Below, in pieces: positions 37,536 to 50,700 of a stretch of DNA of 64,000 bases. Below the pieces are notes generated by a model that saw only the letters and a list, made by a program, of their open reading frames with translations, was not told the origin of the DNA and did no database searches. This stretch comes from Octopus sinensis. Taxonomy: Eukaryota. Position numbers and translations under genes: made by a program. Each line of letters begins with the position of its first letter. The stretch's first letter is position 1. Location of the stretch: positions 3,906,001 to 3,970,000 of the forward strand of contig NC_043008.1 of assembly GCF_006345805.1 (NCBI RefSeq). The letters run 5' to 3'.

Positions 37536-39636
37536 TACGTCTACTCCTGTAATTTTCAGGCAATTTCTGCCACAATTCGCTCAAATTGACTTCTGTACAG
37601 TTTTCGCATACCCCGTTTCACTCGCAGCTTATGGATCGAACTAAGATTATAAGATTATATAAATTATATTTGCCCAGGATGCAAAGCAATGGGATCGAAC
37701 ACAGACCTCGCGGTTACGAATCGAAATTCTTAACCCTTTGGCCTTACTGCAGCTACATATGTACGCCTGTGTATAAATGTATATATATATATATAAGTAC
37801 ATGGGGATGAAATATTGCATGTTGCATATACAGCTGCATATTCTCTATGCAGCAGAAACACGTGTCGGTCATTTTAACTAATTAGGCTGAGTGATTAACT
37901 GTCACAATTAAAAGAAAAATTTGAAGATGTACTTGTCTCTATATTCTTTGTAATTGTTTTTAGTGTGTGTGTGTGTGTGTGCACGTGTGAATGTACACAC
38001 ACACACACACACACACATTTATGTATGTATGCATGCATGTATGTATGTATGTATGTATGTATGTATGTATGTATGTATGTACGTATGTATGTATGTGGGT
38101 GTGTGTATGTATGTTTGTATGTATGTATATATGTATGTATGTATATATGTATGTATGTATGTATGTATGTGTCTATGTAAGTATGTATGTATGTATGTAT
38201 GTATGTTTGTATGTATGTATGAACCTGTTTATATAAACACACGGGCCGACTCCTGCTGTCAACAGTCGTTCAGTCGAACTCCATTACACGAGTCTCATTA
38301 ACCTTATTCGTTGTGGATTCGCACAAACACTTCCTCAGTGTTTCAATTAACTTAACAGCCAGAGCGTGTTTGCGGAATTGCAAGTAATTGGAATCGGTGC
38401 TGGTTAGTAAAACGATTTTGCATAATTAGTTCTCAGTTTCTTTTTCTTTTGGTAGACCGAAACTAGTTAGATACCCTTGGCAACCAACAAAATTAATCCC
38501 GGATTATTCGACCTGTTCTCCGAAAGCACCATATGGTTAAACCATGGCTTTACTATCACGCCATGGCTGTAACGCTTACTCGAGGATTTACGGTACGTCT
38601 ACTCCTGTAATTTTCAGGCAATTTCTGCCACAATTCGCTCAAATTGACTTCTGTACAGTTTTCGCATACCCCGTTTCACTCGCAGCTTATGGATCGAACT
38701 AAGATTATAAGATTATATAAATTATATTTGCCCAGGATGCAAAGCAATGGGATCGAACACAGACCTCGCGGTTACGAATCGAAATTCTTAACCCTTTGGC
38801 CTTACTGCAGCTACATATGTACGCCTGTGTATAAATGTATATATATATATATAAGTACATGGGGATGAAATATTGCATGTTGCATATACAGCTGCATATT
38901 CTCTATGCAGCAGAAACACGTGTCGGTCATTTTAACTAATTAGGCTGAGTGATTAACTGTCACAATTAAAAGAAAAATTTGAAGATGTACTTGTCTCTAT
39001 ATTCTTTGTAATTGTTTTTAGTGTGTGTGTGTGTGTGCACGTGTGAATGTACACACACACACACACACACACATTTATGTATGTATGCATGCATGTATGT
39101 ATGTATGTATGTATGTATGTATGTATGTATGTATGTACGTATGTATGTATGTGGGTGTGTGTATGTATGTTTGTATGTATGTATATATGTATGTATGTAT
39201 ATATGTATGTATGTATGTATGTATGTGTCTATGTAAGTATGTATGTATGTATGTATGTATGTATGTATGTATGTATGAACCTGTTTATATAAACACACGG
39301 GCCGACTCCTGCTGTCAACAGTCGTTCAGTCGAACTCCATTACACGAGTCTCATTAACCTTATTCGTTGTGGATTCGCACAAACACTTCCTCAGTGTTTC
39401 AATTAACTTAACAGCCAGAGCGTGTTTGCGGAATTGCAAGTAATTGGAATCGGTGCTGGTTAGTAAAACGATTTTGCATAATTAGTTCTCAGTTTCTTTT
39501 TCTTTTGGTAGACCGAAACTAGTTAGATACCCTTGGCAACCAACAAAATTAATCCCGGATTATTCGACCTGTTCTCCGAAAGCACCATATGGTTAAACCA
39601 TGGCTTTACTATCACGCCATGGCTGTAACGCTTACT
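37519..39636. repeat. Tandem direct duplication of about 1.06 kb (37519-38580 and 38577-39636)
   Basis: By eye the copies differ only by one GT unit and one T/A substitution in microsatellites; TACT microhomology at the junction (38577-38580). Confidence 0.95.
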
Positions 39637-39664
39637 AAACATACGCATGTAAACGTATTTGCAA

Positions 39665-39701
<37 letters not shown>

Positions 39702-39717
39702 TATTGCGTGCAAGAAT

Positions 39718-39860
39718 GGCAGTGTGGTTCAGAAGGTTGCTTCCCAACCACATAGTTCCAGGTTCAGTCCTTCAGCATGGTACATTGGGCAAGTGCTTTC
39801 TACTATAGTACTAAGCCAATCGTAGACTTGTGACTAAATTTGGTAGACGGAAACTGCAGC
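39718..39860 (+). mobile_element. SINE family C copy
   Basis: GGCAGTGTGGTTCAGAAGGTTGCTTCCCAACCACATAGTTCCAGGTTCAGTCC...TTGGGCAAGTGCTTTCTACTATAG...TTTGGTAGACGGAAACTG. Confidence 0.8.
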
Positions 39861-40470
39861 GTTGTTCATTAGAAAATGTGTGTGTGTTTGTTAGTGGGTG
39901 TGTGTGTGTATTTGTGCGTGAATATATATATATATATATATTATACACACACACATAAGCATCTAATTAATTGAGAGCAATGTAAGGATATACGTCTGTC
40001 TGTGTGCGTGTGTAAATGCATACGCTCGTGTAGGTGTGTGTACTTATACAGCGATGTACAATATATATGCATTTGTGTGGGTATATTTTCCACCCTTTGA
40101 TTTGGAAATAACATTAACTATTTTATTGCCAAAATATTTTACATCATCACTTGGATCCAAAAAGACATCGTTACATATTGCATATCAGCTTACAACACCA
40201 ACAAAGAAAGTCAGGGCTCTCACTGTAGCCAAATACATGAGTTTACGTAGAAACATGTACGGACGCGCCAACTTCATGCTTTTTTACTTTTCTATTAGTT
40301 AACGTTTCAATAATATTTTTTGTGCGTTGTTTTTAAGGAAATTTAGCGTTTTATTTCCATTTTTTACTGAGATTCAGATAGTCTTCGATAATATTTTCAT
40401 AATATTCAGTATATTTTGTTAAAATTACAAACCAATTTTCTCGTATATGAGTTTGTATGTATCCATTTGT

Positions 40471-40518
<48 letters not shown>

Positions 40519-41654
40519 TGCGTGCGTGCTTTCACGCATGGCTTGATGCCTTAAGCCAGTCATGGGTAACCTTTTTTCGAGAAATGAGCCGCATGAAGCG
40601 TGATTTATTGCCAGGCGAGTTGTGTTTTCGTTAGACTTTTTCTGTCTGATGAAATCCTTTTCAAAAAGTCCTGCGGTCTTCAGTTTGTCTTTCACTGCCT
40701 TAAATTCACAAAAGAAGAGATCGGTGCATTTGACATCGTTAAGGGCGGTGACTGACACAATGAACAGAACGGCAGGAGAAAACGTAGTAAGGGATCGAGT
40801 TGCCTCAATCGTTTGGTCCTCAACTCCTGATAAAGTCGAAGGGAAGCCTCACGACAGCATAACATGGTTAGCTTCTACCTGTCGGAACCCATCCCTTTCC
40901 AGATATGACAACAGCTGTTTTCTTCCGGTGGAAGAGAGAGAGAGAGACGAGGGGATGGAGGAAGGAAAGAATAATCGACCCTAAAGGGCTAGTGTTTTCT
41001 CTATAGACGTTAGTGGATTGGTACTCATTTAGTGACCCCCTAAAGATTCCAGACAATTCCACTGGGTGGGACTTGAATTTAGATGATTGAGAGCCGAACA
41101 AATACTCCAAAGCGTTATTTCCGACAATCTGACGTCTCAGCCAATCTCATTAACAAGCCATTTTTTTACATCCTTTTATGTTCTGGGTTCGAATCGTACT
41201 AAGGTTGCATTTTATCTTTCATTTTTCCGGGGCTTAATAAACAAATACCAGCCGTGTGTTAGAAACGATTTAATCAAATTTATCGCCCTCCATAATTTGT
41301 GGCTTGCTGCCATTGTTGCAAATCAATATATTTGACAGCACGTTATTAAATGTTATATTAAAAAACTGAATATCAAACAACATTTGAAAGTTTAATTTTA
41401 TTTATTTATAGTAGCGTTGTGTATTGGGTTTAGCGATCAGATTTGATGATAAACTGTCCAACTGTCTAGTAATTCAACTCACCTTCTCAATTACAATAAC
41501 GAAATATTAATTTCTTTCCAAAGTATAACATTTCGTTCGGTTGTTGAAATGAAAGTATAATAGATAAACTCGGCTGACGCTGCCGCCGTTCACTTCCTAT
41601 CAAATCACCAACACAAACGACTCGTTCCTCTTTCTCTTCTCGATATTTATCTTT

Positions 41655-41850
41655 CCCATTATCTTTTACTTGCCACAGTCATTAGGCTGCAGCCAAGCTG
41701 CGACGACACCGCCATCAAAGGTTTAATCGAACAAATCAAACCCATTATTTTCTGAAATCTGGTACTTATTCTATCGGTCTCTTTGCTGAATTCGCTAAGT
41801 TATGGGGACGTAATAATAAATAAACCACCACAATTGTTAAGCGGTGAGGG
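41655..41850 (-). mobile_element. SINE-like family D copy
   Basis: CAGTCATTAGGCTGCAGCCAAGCTG...GGTACTTATTCTATCGGTCTCTTTGCTGAATTCGCTAAGTTATGGGGACGTAA. Confidence 0.75.
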
Positions 41851-41885
41851 GTGCATGCATAACCACATACACAAACATATATGTG

Positions 41886-41926
<41 letters not shown>

Positions 41927-41927
41927 T

Positions 41928-41977
<50 letters not shown>

Positions 41978-41978
<1 letters not shown>

Positions 41979-42100
41979 GACGGGCTTCCACACTGTTTCT
42001 ATTTACCAAATTCCTTCAAAGCTATCGTTCGGTCCAGGGCTGTAGTAGAAGGCAATTGTATGTGGTCGCAAAGCAAACTTCTTAACCATGCAGCCACGCC
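41978..42100 (-). mobile_element. SINE family C copy
   Basis: Reverse complement GGCGTGGCTGCATGGTTAAGAAGTTTGCTTTGCGACCAC...TTCTACTACAGCCCTGGACCG...TTTGGTAAATAGAAAC. Confidence 0.75.
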
Positions 42101-42379
42101 TCACAACTAATTCTAATTAACAAATCTCTCGTTTGTTTTTGCTCTCTCTTCAAAGGCAAGAATTCAAAACGCTTGCGTCTGTACTTCTCTCGCTAATTGA
42201 ACTCATTCAACACTCGAAGTACTTTACTATGGTTGGATAACGCTTCAAATTCTGGCACAAGGCCAGCAATTTTAGAAAAGAGTATAGTTGATTACATGAA
42301 CCGTATTACTCACCTGGTACTCATCATTTTATTGAGCATTTTGTTCGACACGCTAACGATTCTGCCAGCTCACCATCTT

Positions 42380-42495
42380 AAGAAGAAGAAGATAAAGAAG
42401 AAGAAGAAGAAGAAGAAGAAGAAGAAGAAGAAGAAGAAGAAGAAGAAGAAGAAGAAGAAGAAGAAGAAGAAGAAGAAGAAGAAGAAGAAGAAGAA
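42380..42495. repeat. (AAG)n microsatellite
   Basis: Directly visible; source of the poly-K and poly-L ORFs. Confidence 0.95.
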
Positions 42496-42499
42496 TCCT

Positions 42500-42800
42500 T
42501 TTTACTATAGGCACGTGGCCTGAAATTTGGCGCAAGGCGACCAGTCGATTATATTGACCCTAGTGTTTCACTGGTACTTATTTTATCGTCCCCGAGAGGA
42601 TGAAAGATAAAGTAAAACTCGGCGGAATTTGAACTCAGAACATGAAGATGGACGAAATGCCGCTAAGCATTTCGTCCGGCGTGCTAACGACTGAAGTTTT
42701 GGTTGGGAGGCTAGTGGAGATCATCGACCCTAGCACTTGACTGGTACTTGTCGACCTCGGCGGAATTTGAACTCTGAAGGCAAAGACGGACGAAACGTCA
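42500..42800 (-). mobile_element. Two adjacent or nested SINE family A copies
   Basis: GACCCTAG....ACTGGTACTT...CTCGGCGGAATTTGAACTC occurs twice (about 42557-42637 and 42727-42774). Confidence 0.75.
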
Positions 42801-43956
42801 ATCGGTTCTTTTGTTTGCCACGGGGCGACAAATGCTGGTGGTAAGGACGTGTTACCAGAAAGGATATTTTTTTTTTTTATTGGCTACGTTGTGGACAGTA
42901 CAAGGACAATTATAATGATACTAATAGATCAGTATATCAAATCAATTACAAGAAAATAAACAGTTTAAAAAATTCTGAGTTCCTCACCAAGCGAAGATGA
43001 AAATATGAATTCGCTGCTAAAAATGTCATCAACTACGTGGTCACAAACAAGATGACGAACAACCTCGGTTAAAACCTCACAGCAGAAAAATTGAGCTATT
43101 TACCGAAAAGATCTTCGCGATAGGTTTAATGATGTGTCGTTATGGTGATGAAATCTTACTTCTAGTATGATCTGCGAGGAAAAGATGACAAGGTGGTGGT
43201 AAAGGGGGAACATAATACACTTTCTAGATATCTAGATATATAACTATTATTAAGTTGAAATTGCCAAAGTTTTCTTTTTTCACTATCACTTCTCGTATAC
43301 TCTGTTGGCTAAGTTTTATTGAAAAAAAAATGTATAAAATAAAACAGTAGAAGAAGAAGTAAATATAGAAAGAAGCTTGTCATTAAATCAACCAGTTATG
43401 TCTTCAGAATAGTGTATAAATATACTAAAGTGATAAAGAATTTGCTGACGAAATTACAACATTATTACTGATCGTCAAGCACACGTCTTACGAACAGACA
43501 CGTAACACGTCAAAAGCCACAACCTTTGAATACACACGCACACACACACATTGGCAGGCACACACATGTGTGCACAAGCATATGTTCACACAAACACAAC
43601 GATACATGGGTATGTCTTTGCATATATTAATTCACACATATATATACATATATATAATACGTGTAATGGGTATTTCTACAAGTGTCTATATTTGTTGGAG
43701 TGCGTATCTTTGACTGACATCAAAGAAATCGTAAGAAATTCACAGACATGTTACACATTCTTCATCTAAGCAAAATCTACCTTTTAAAATCTATCCTGAA
43801 ACACAAATTCAGACACATAAACACTTATGTACAAGTGTGTGTGAGCGTGTGTGCGTCTGTGTGTGTGTCTGTGTGTGATTATGAATAACGCATACATACA
43901 GACAGACGTTGATATTGATATTGGTGCATTGTACATTGATGTAATACATACATGCA

Positions 43957-43996
<40 letters not shown>

Positions 43997-44005
43997 ATAT
44001 ATATA

Positions 44006-44075
<70 letters not shown>

Positions 44076-44118
44076 CGTACATACATATGCATATTATATA
44101 ATATGTAACACATACTCA

Positions 44119-44156
<38 letters not shown>

Positions 44157-44607
44157 ACACACACACACATTTAACACAGTAGTAATATTTGTCCGCATAG
44201 AATAATTAGCTTTCTGTGTTTATTCCTTGCACACCAAGGAGTGTGGCAGGAAGAGGGTGTCAAAAGAAACCAGAACCTGAGGGAATGGTTGCAGGAGAAG
44301 TAAAACTAATGTTATTCAACGGATGTGCTGCTGTTCACTTGTCACGCTCGACTAGACCAGAGTGCCAAAGACAGAAAGAGTGACAGAAGGGGACTGTGTT
44401 ACAGTAAGAGGTGTAACAAGGAGTGGCATGTATCATTGTCAGATATGTTTTCTTTGACGCAAGATACAGGCGTAGAGTAATATTTAAATCATATTATACG
44501 TACACACACACACACACACACACACATAGTTTCTGTTCCGTTAAGGTAAAATAAGATCAACAAAAAAGGACTCCTTCCAATGAGAGATGAATATCATTCA
44601 ATGGGCA

Positions 44608-44793
44608 CAATATAAAGATACGAGCTACTAACAATATCTTGCTGTAAAGACACGTATCTAGACATGCTTTATAACATGCCTTGTGTCTCTAAGAAATTTC
44701 CAGGCTCTTGAACACACAAAGCGTGCCATGAAAACTTCTTCAGGCACATATCTTCACGGTAAGAAACTATGAGTAGCTCGTGTCTTTATACTG
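44608..44793. mobile_element. 186-bp fold-back (palindromic) MITE, Tc1/mariner-type ends
   Basis: CAATATAAAGATACGAGCTACT versus the reverse complement of the right end, CAGTATAAAGACACGAGCTACT; degenerate pairing continues to the centre (about 44700); TA at 44794-44795. Confidence 0.75.
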
Positions 44794-45599
44794 TATATAT
44801 TCGTATATAATTTCAAGCCTGTTTTACTTTGAACCCTCAACCCCTTACAGAGTCGTAGAGGTGCCATCCTGGCATACAGCAGATTTTGTGCACATTTAGT
44901 TTGAGTTGTACTCACCCCTCTTCAGATCTGACCAAAGCCGATTTCTTCCTGAAGGAGTCTCAGATAGACAGACAGACAGAAGAAAAAGACAGAATTACTC
45001 ATATACATACATACATAGATCTCTTGAAGGTATGTCTATGCAAATATATTCACTTCTGTGTAAACGAAAGAGGAAGCCTGGGCGATCTAGAAAGAAAGGC
45101 CAAACCTGCCATCGTTCATATTCAAACGTTTCAATATTTCATCTTCGAGGCACACTGCCTGAAAAAATAATGCATGGTTATGGTTTAAACGTCTTTGATC
45201 TCAGTCTGCTCGATCAGGAGTGACCTGGAGTAATCAACAACAACACGAAGCAAGCAAACATGATTCCTTTTGATCTGCAAAGGATTATCTTTTCCATAAG
45301 CATCACAGATAAAGTATAATATTGTATCGTTGCATTAAATAATATCATACATAATTCCAAATAGCGAAGGTAGTCAAATGGACGGAGATTAATCAATAGT
45401 TCATATCGCAGCGTTGCACAGTTTTCTTTCTCAAAATCCCAAACATCTTAACTGTCACAAACAGAGTCTACCATGCAGTAGACACCATGGCGTAGATACA
45501 GCTTAACTTGTCATTTAACCCAGGCCAGCTCTACTCCAGTAGACTTCGGCTGAAAAGCGTTCCAGCGGTGACTATCTCTTATTATTATTACTATCTTTC

Positions 45600-45745
45600 T
45601 AAGGCGACGAGATGGCAGAATCGTTTCTGCGCCGGGCAAAATGTCCTTACGTTCTGAGTTCAAATTCCGCCGAAGTTGCCTTTCATCCTCTCGGGGCCGA
45701 TAAAATAAGTACCAGTGGAGCAGTGAGATCGATATAATCTACCAA
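45600..45745 (+). mobile_element. SINE family A copy (internally shortened)
   Basis: GGCGACGAGATGGCAGAATCG...TTCTGAGTTCAAATTCCGCCGAAG...GATAAAATAAGTACCAGTGGAGC. Confidence 0.8.
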
Positions 45746-47672
45746 TTTTCGTTTTTTAAAGACGTTAGGTTGTGATTATAAGGAAATTATACTGGTATTT
45801 CTAGCAAGTTAAGCAACTCAGTAGATGTTTCCTTTTAGCAGTACTATGTAGTTAAGTAATATTTCATGTTTCCCCTTGAAAGATCAGAGAAGGGGCCCTA
45901 ACTAGTGTGTGTGGGTATGGGTGTGTATATGTATGTGAGTGTGTATCAGAAACTGCAGGTACCTTATCTGCCGTCTCGCCAGGAATCCTTTAGACCCCAT
46001 TACTGACCCCATTGACAACATTGGTCTTTAACATGGGCCTAATGCCACAACATTAGGAACAGGGGTCTAATCGATTATCTAACCAGTTCTTTTATTGGAG
46101 AGGATGAAAAGCTAAGTCGATCTCGGTGCGGTTCGAACCCACAACGTGAAATTATGCAACTAAACACCGCAAAGCATTTTCTCCCTCACTGCACCCATTC
46201 TGTCATTTCCCTACTCTTTGATGAGTCCATCGATAATGTTAACGATTGCATTTCTTCAACTTTTTTTTCCTTCAAATCTATCAGGAAATATTGCAGAACT
46301 TATAAGTTTCCTCTTCGTTTCCATAGTCAGTTTCTGTAAGGAAGTCTGCCTGCAGGTTGGGGATTCTTCCTTCAGCGCTGGGAATTAGCCAAGATGTAAA
46401 CTTGTTTACATTGCATCAGATTAAGTTTCTGCTCGCTCTTGTCAACCCTGGTAAACATTTACCATCTTTTAACTCCTTTTTTTTTTTGTTTTTTTCTTTT
46501 TACCAGTTTTACCTTTTTATCTCTCTCGCCGATAACCAATATGAAACAAAGGATATCAGTGAGGAAAATTCCCGAAAACAGATTAAACGGACAGAGAGTT
46601 GTATGTTCAGCACGTGATGCTCAAAGGAAGAGCTGCTGCTGACTTTTGATATCTATCTTAGGTATGATATCTGTGAAAACAAAAAGTATCCTCGATTTTT
46701 GAAGAATACCTTTACAACAGACTTGTCCTCCTCACACCTGCAGTCACACCCAGAATCCCATAGAAACGCCTGCAGTCACTGACGTGTGTAAATATGTATG
46801 AAATGATTCCATGTATGACATCTAAAAGTATGACCATGGGAAATGCCTGTTGTCAAGTGATGGCTCTTAATATTAATAGTTTTAGGCTTCAGCTATCAGA
46901 AATTGTACAATACCAAAGCCAGTGTGACACTGCAGCTAACAATATGAACAAGAATATAAAAAGAAATGAAAAAAAATAAACAAAAAAAAATCATATTGCC
47001 ATCACAAGAGGCTTACATAAATGAGATACGATAAATTTCCCTTTAACTGAACTGCAAATATCCAGGTATTTGCACTCCAGTTGAATGGCTACACACGAAT
47101 CCACTCGTAGAATGCAAACTGCAAACTTACCAAACGTGATTTTGGAGCACAAATTATTGTTTTTACCCCTTATCGCAAGCAGCAGGGGAAAAAAAACTGA
47201 GAACAAAAACTGAAGAACAAACAAATCACTTGATATTATCCGTATTTATTCTATTTCATATTGATAAAACGTGTCTTCGTTCGACTGAGAAATTTACCTA
47301 CAGTCAAGTAGATTGAAAGCAAGATATCCTCAAATATCCAACATCACTTCTTCTTCCCAACTTTACTTTCTGTTTTTCCATTTCTTTTTCCCTTCTCCTT
47401 CATTTTTCTTTCTTCTTCTTTTTTGGGGATAGGCTTTCTTTTGCATTGACACCTAAATTCTCTATCTTTTCTTATCCCTTAACAATATCTTCGGATGATT
47501 CATTGATGAGTAGCAAACATACTATGACATACGCTGCTTTCAAAGTTCGCATGTGTAAACGTATGCATGAATGTATGTACGTATAAATGTGTGTGTGTAA
47601 GGAGAGGTAATATATATATATATACACACACACACATATATATGTACATATATGTGTGTATATGTGTGCATC

Positions 47673-47724
<52 letters not shown>

Positions 47725-48394
47725 CATGTATGTATATACATATATAGTGTGTGTGTATGTATGTATTTATCTATGCATTTATGTATGTGTGTGTGTATGT
47801 ATGAGTTTGCACTCGGGGGCAATGCTTACAAATGCGAAATTTGATAACAGCATATCTATATATCTGCAGAATGCTTGCTGCTTGATGAATTATCAGCAAA
47901 TATAAGGGATAAGAAACGACAGTAAAATAAAAATGACAATATTAAAAACAAAAAGCTAAAAAAAAAACGCTGATTTGGAATAAGGCATAAAGGTTACATT
48001 GATATTTAACGATACCTGACTTTCAATCTACGTTGACGGTAAATGCGTTTTGCGCATGCTCACTTTATGGAACTTCGTAATTTACTTTTCTTGAGATAAG
48101 AAAAAATATCTTTGTTAGAAGAAACAAAGTAATTCTCCAATTTTTTTTTTGTTGTTGAATAATTTGTGGCCGAGTAATAAAGGAGTTTGTTTCTTGACCA
48201 CGTGGCTCCAGCACTTAGGGCAGTTGTCTTCTACTAAAGCATCGGGTCTACCTTGTGAGTAGATATGGTTGATGGAACGTGAAAGACGCCCGTCGGATGG
48301 ACGGACGGACGGACGCACACACACACATACACACATACACATGCACGGACGAACGGACGGACGGATGAATGGATGTATGCGATTGTTTTTGTCT

Positions 48395-48590
48395 TTGTCC
48401 CTCGCTTGACAACCGGTATTAGTTTATTTACGACACTGTATCTTAGCAGTTCGGCAAAAAGGACCGATACAATAAGTATCAGTCTTAAACGATTCAGTTC
48501 TGGGGTGTTTGTTCGACTAAACCCTCTAATGAGATATCCCGGCATGGCTGCAATCCAATGAGTGAAACAAGAAAGGAATAAGAGATAAAA
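48395..48590 (+). mobile_element. SINE-like family D copy
   Basis: CGCTTGACAACCGG...TTAGCAGTTCGGCAAAAAGGACCGATACAATAAGTATCAG...CCCGGCATGGCTGCAATCCAATGAGTGAAACAAG; reverse complement of 41655-41850. Confidence 0.75.
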
Positions 48591-49423
48591 GACGAAGCTA
48601 CACTCCGGAAATAAAATCGAAAAAGAATTGCCATGCAGAAGAATCAGCAATATCCACGTCTGCCAATTTTCAGTTTTATTCTGAAATGTTGTGACACAGT
48701 GCTTGGGAAAGTCAGTTTGTTGACGGACGATTGGGTTAAATATCTCATCAACGATCCACGGAGACTCGACGAGTTGCTGCGACATTGTACCTGTAAGTTC
48801 CAGCAAAATAACCAGGCAAACCACTGTTCTAAATGGTGGACAAAGTCCTTGGGACGTACATCTGCCCCAAAATGACAACTGTGATGCCTTTTTCCACATA
48901 TTTACAAAGCTGTTTCATCTATGAAAAGAAAAAATGCTCTCCATTAAGTTTTCAGTGTAGACGGGTTCTATGAAAAGAGTATAGGCTTCACTCCTTATAA
49001 TAAAATCCTTCTCACATCAGACAAGCTGTACATTCCTTAGTATTTATTTGGTAAGTTGGGGGGTGAAACGAGAAGAATATATATTACATCGTTTCCTTTA
49101 TGGTGTAGCCTGTGTATATGGGTGTATGTGCGTACATATAGAGAGGAGGTAGGGAGATTATACACACGCATACGCACACTCCCCTAAGTACATTCCCCCA
49201 CCTCACCTTCCTCCTATATATATATAGGCTGGACCAAAAGTCACACAAAATGTGTTCAATACGCTGCGGAATTATCAAAGACATACTTTAATTTTTCTAA
49301 AATTGAATAAAATTCATAAAATTATGATGAATACACACGTACTTGTACATGATGAACAAAATGAATAATAATAATAATAATATAAATAAAATGTCGAATG
49401 TTTTGGCGCGTGACTTTTCGTCC

Positions 49424-49480
<57 letters not shown>

Positions 49481-50494
49481 ACAGAAAGGGAGGAATTTCG
49501 ATTATCCCCACGTGGTAAATTGTAATATATATACGAAATTAAAGAAGGAAAATGCATACACTTTACATAGTTTCAATATATCTTATATTGTGTTTGTCGA
49601 CTGGTTTTGCTTTTGCTGATCATGGCATTGCAATTTATTTAGATCCGTATTCTCTTAAGAAATTGTCGTTTGTTTGTTTTTTGTGCGCGTTGTGTGTGGA
49701 GTTTATAAATGAATGATTCAACAAGTATAAGAATCTAAGGAGAGGTAATTTGGTTACCGTTATTATTGTGGACAGGGGAGATAATTGTCTGTCCTATATA
49801 ATAGTGATGTCCACAACGCCAGAAGGTTATTGCATAAATTAGGTTCTCAGAGGCACAAGTGAAGTTGGTTCTAATTGTGGACCTCTCTCCTTTTTTGAAA
49901 ACGAAATCCGAGCCTTCATGTCAGACAGCCATGCCTGCCCCTCATGATTGTTTTCGAACTAAGAACCTTTATTTCTAAACTAAGATTAATGGTGCTCTTG
50001 TCAATAAGAACACTGGAATGAATGCATAAAATCATTATCGCGCCTTCTTTAGAAATAACGATAATTAGTTCGAATCTAGTTCGTTACTTTGTACATAATT
50101 AAAAATAAGACACACACATAGCTGATCGGATGTAAAAACCAATTGAAATCTAGAGTAGGTGTAAACATTAAAGAATAAAAATCACATGTATATCGCATCA
50201 AAAGATGATGTTGATAATCTTATTTTCCTATTAACAAATCATTTCAGACATTTCGCTGTCTACTTCGTCTCCACATGACTCACTGCCAGTCATAAGCACA
50301 AGATTATATGGCGAGAAGTTAATGTCAATAGGGCGGTTTAATACTTCTTATAACAGATTAACTGAACGACTCTAAATTCTACACAATTACCTCCCAATAC
50401 ACAAAAGCAACTCCCACTACATATCATTTACAATCATTTTGCAAAAAAATGACATTAATTTACAAAGTACATTTTACATTATTACATTTTTATT

Positions 50495-50700
50495 CTTTTG
50501 TTATTTTACTTGTTTCAGTCATGTGATTGTGGTCATGTTGGAGCGCCACTTTAAAGGTTGTTTTAGTTAAAAAAAATCGACCCCAGGACTTGTTCTTTGT
50601 AAGCCTGGTACTTATTCTATCGGTCTCTTTTGCCAAACCAACTAAGTTACGCAGACATAAACACACCAACATCGGTTGTCAAAGTGATGAGGGGAAAACA
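50495..50700 (-). mobile_element. SINE-like family D copy
   Basis: TTTACTTGTTTCAGTCAT...ATCGACCCCAGGACTT...GGTACTTATTCTATCGGTCTCTTTTGCC...AAACACACCAACATCGGTTGTCAA. Confidence 0.8.

Noticed and set aside
37519-39636. CRISPR-like or other regularly spaced repeat-spacer array
   Set aside because: No constant short repeat with unique equal-length spacers anywhere in the window; this is a simple two-copy duplication in eukaryotic DNA.
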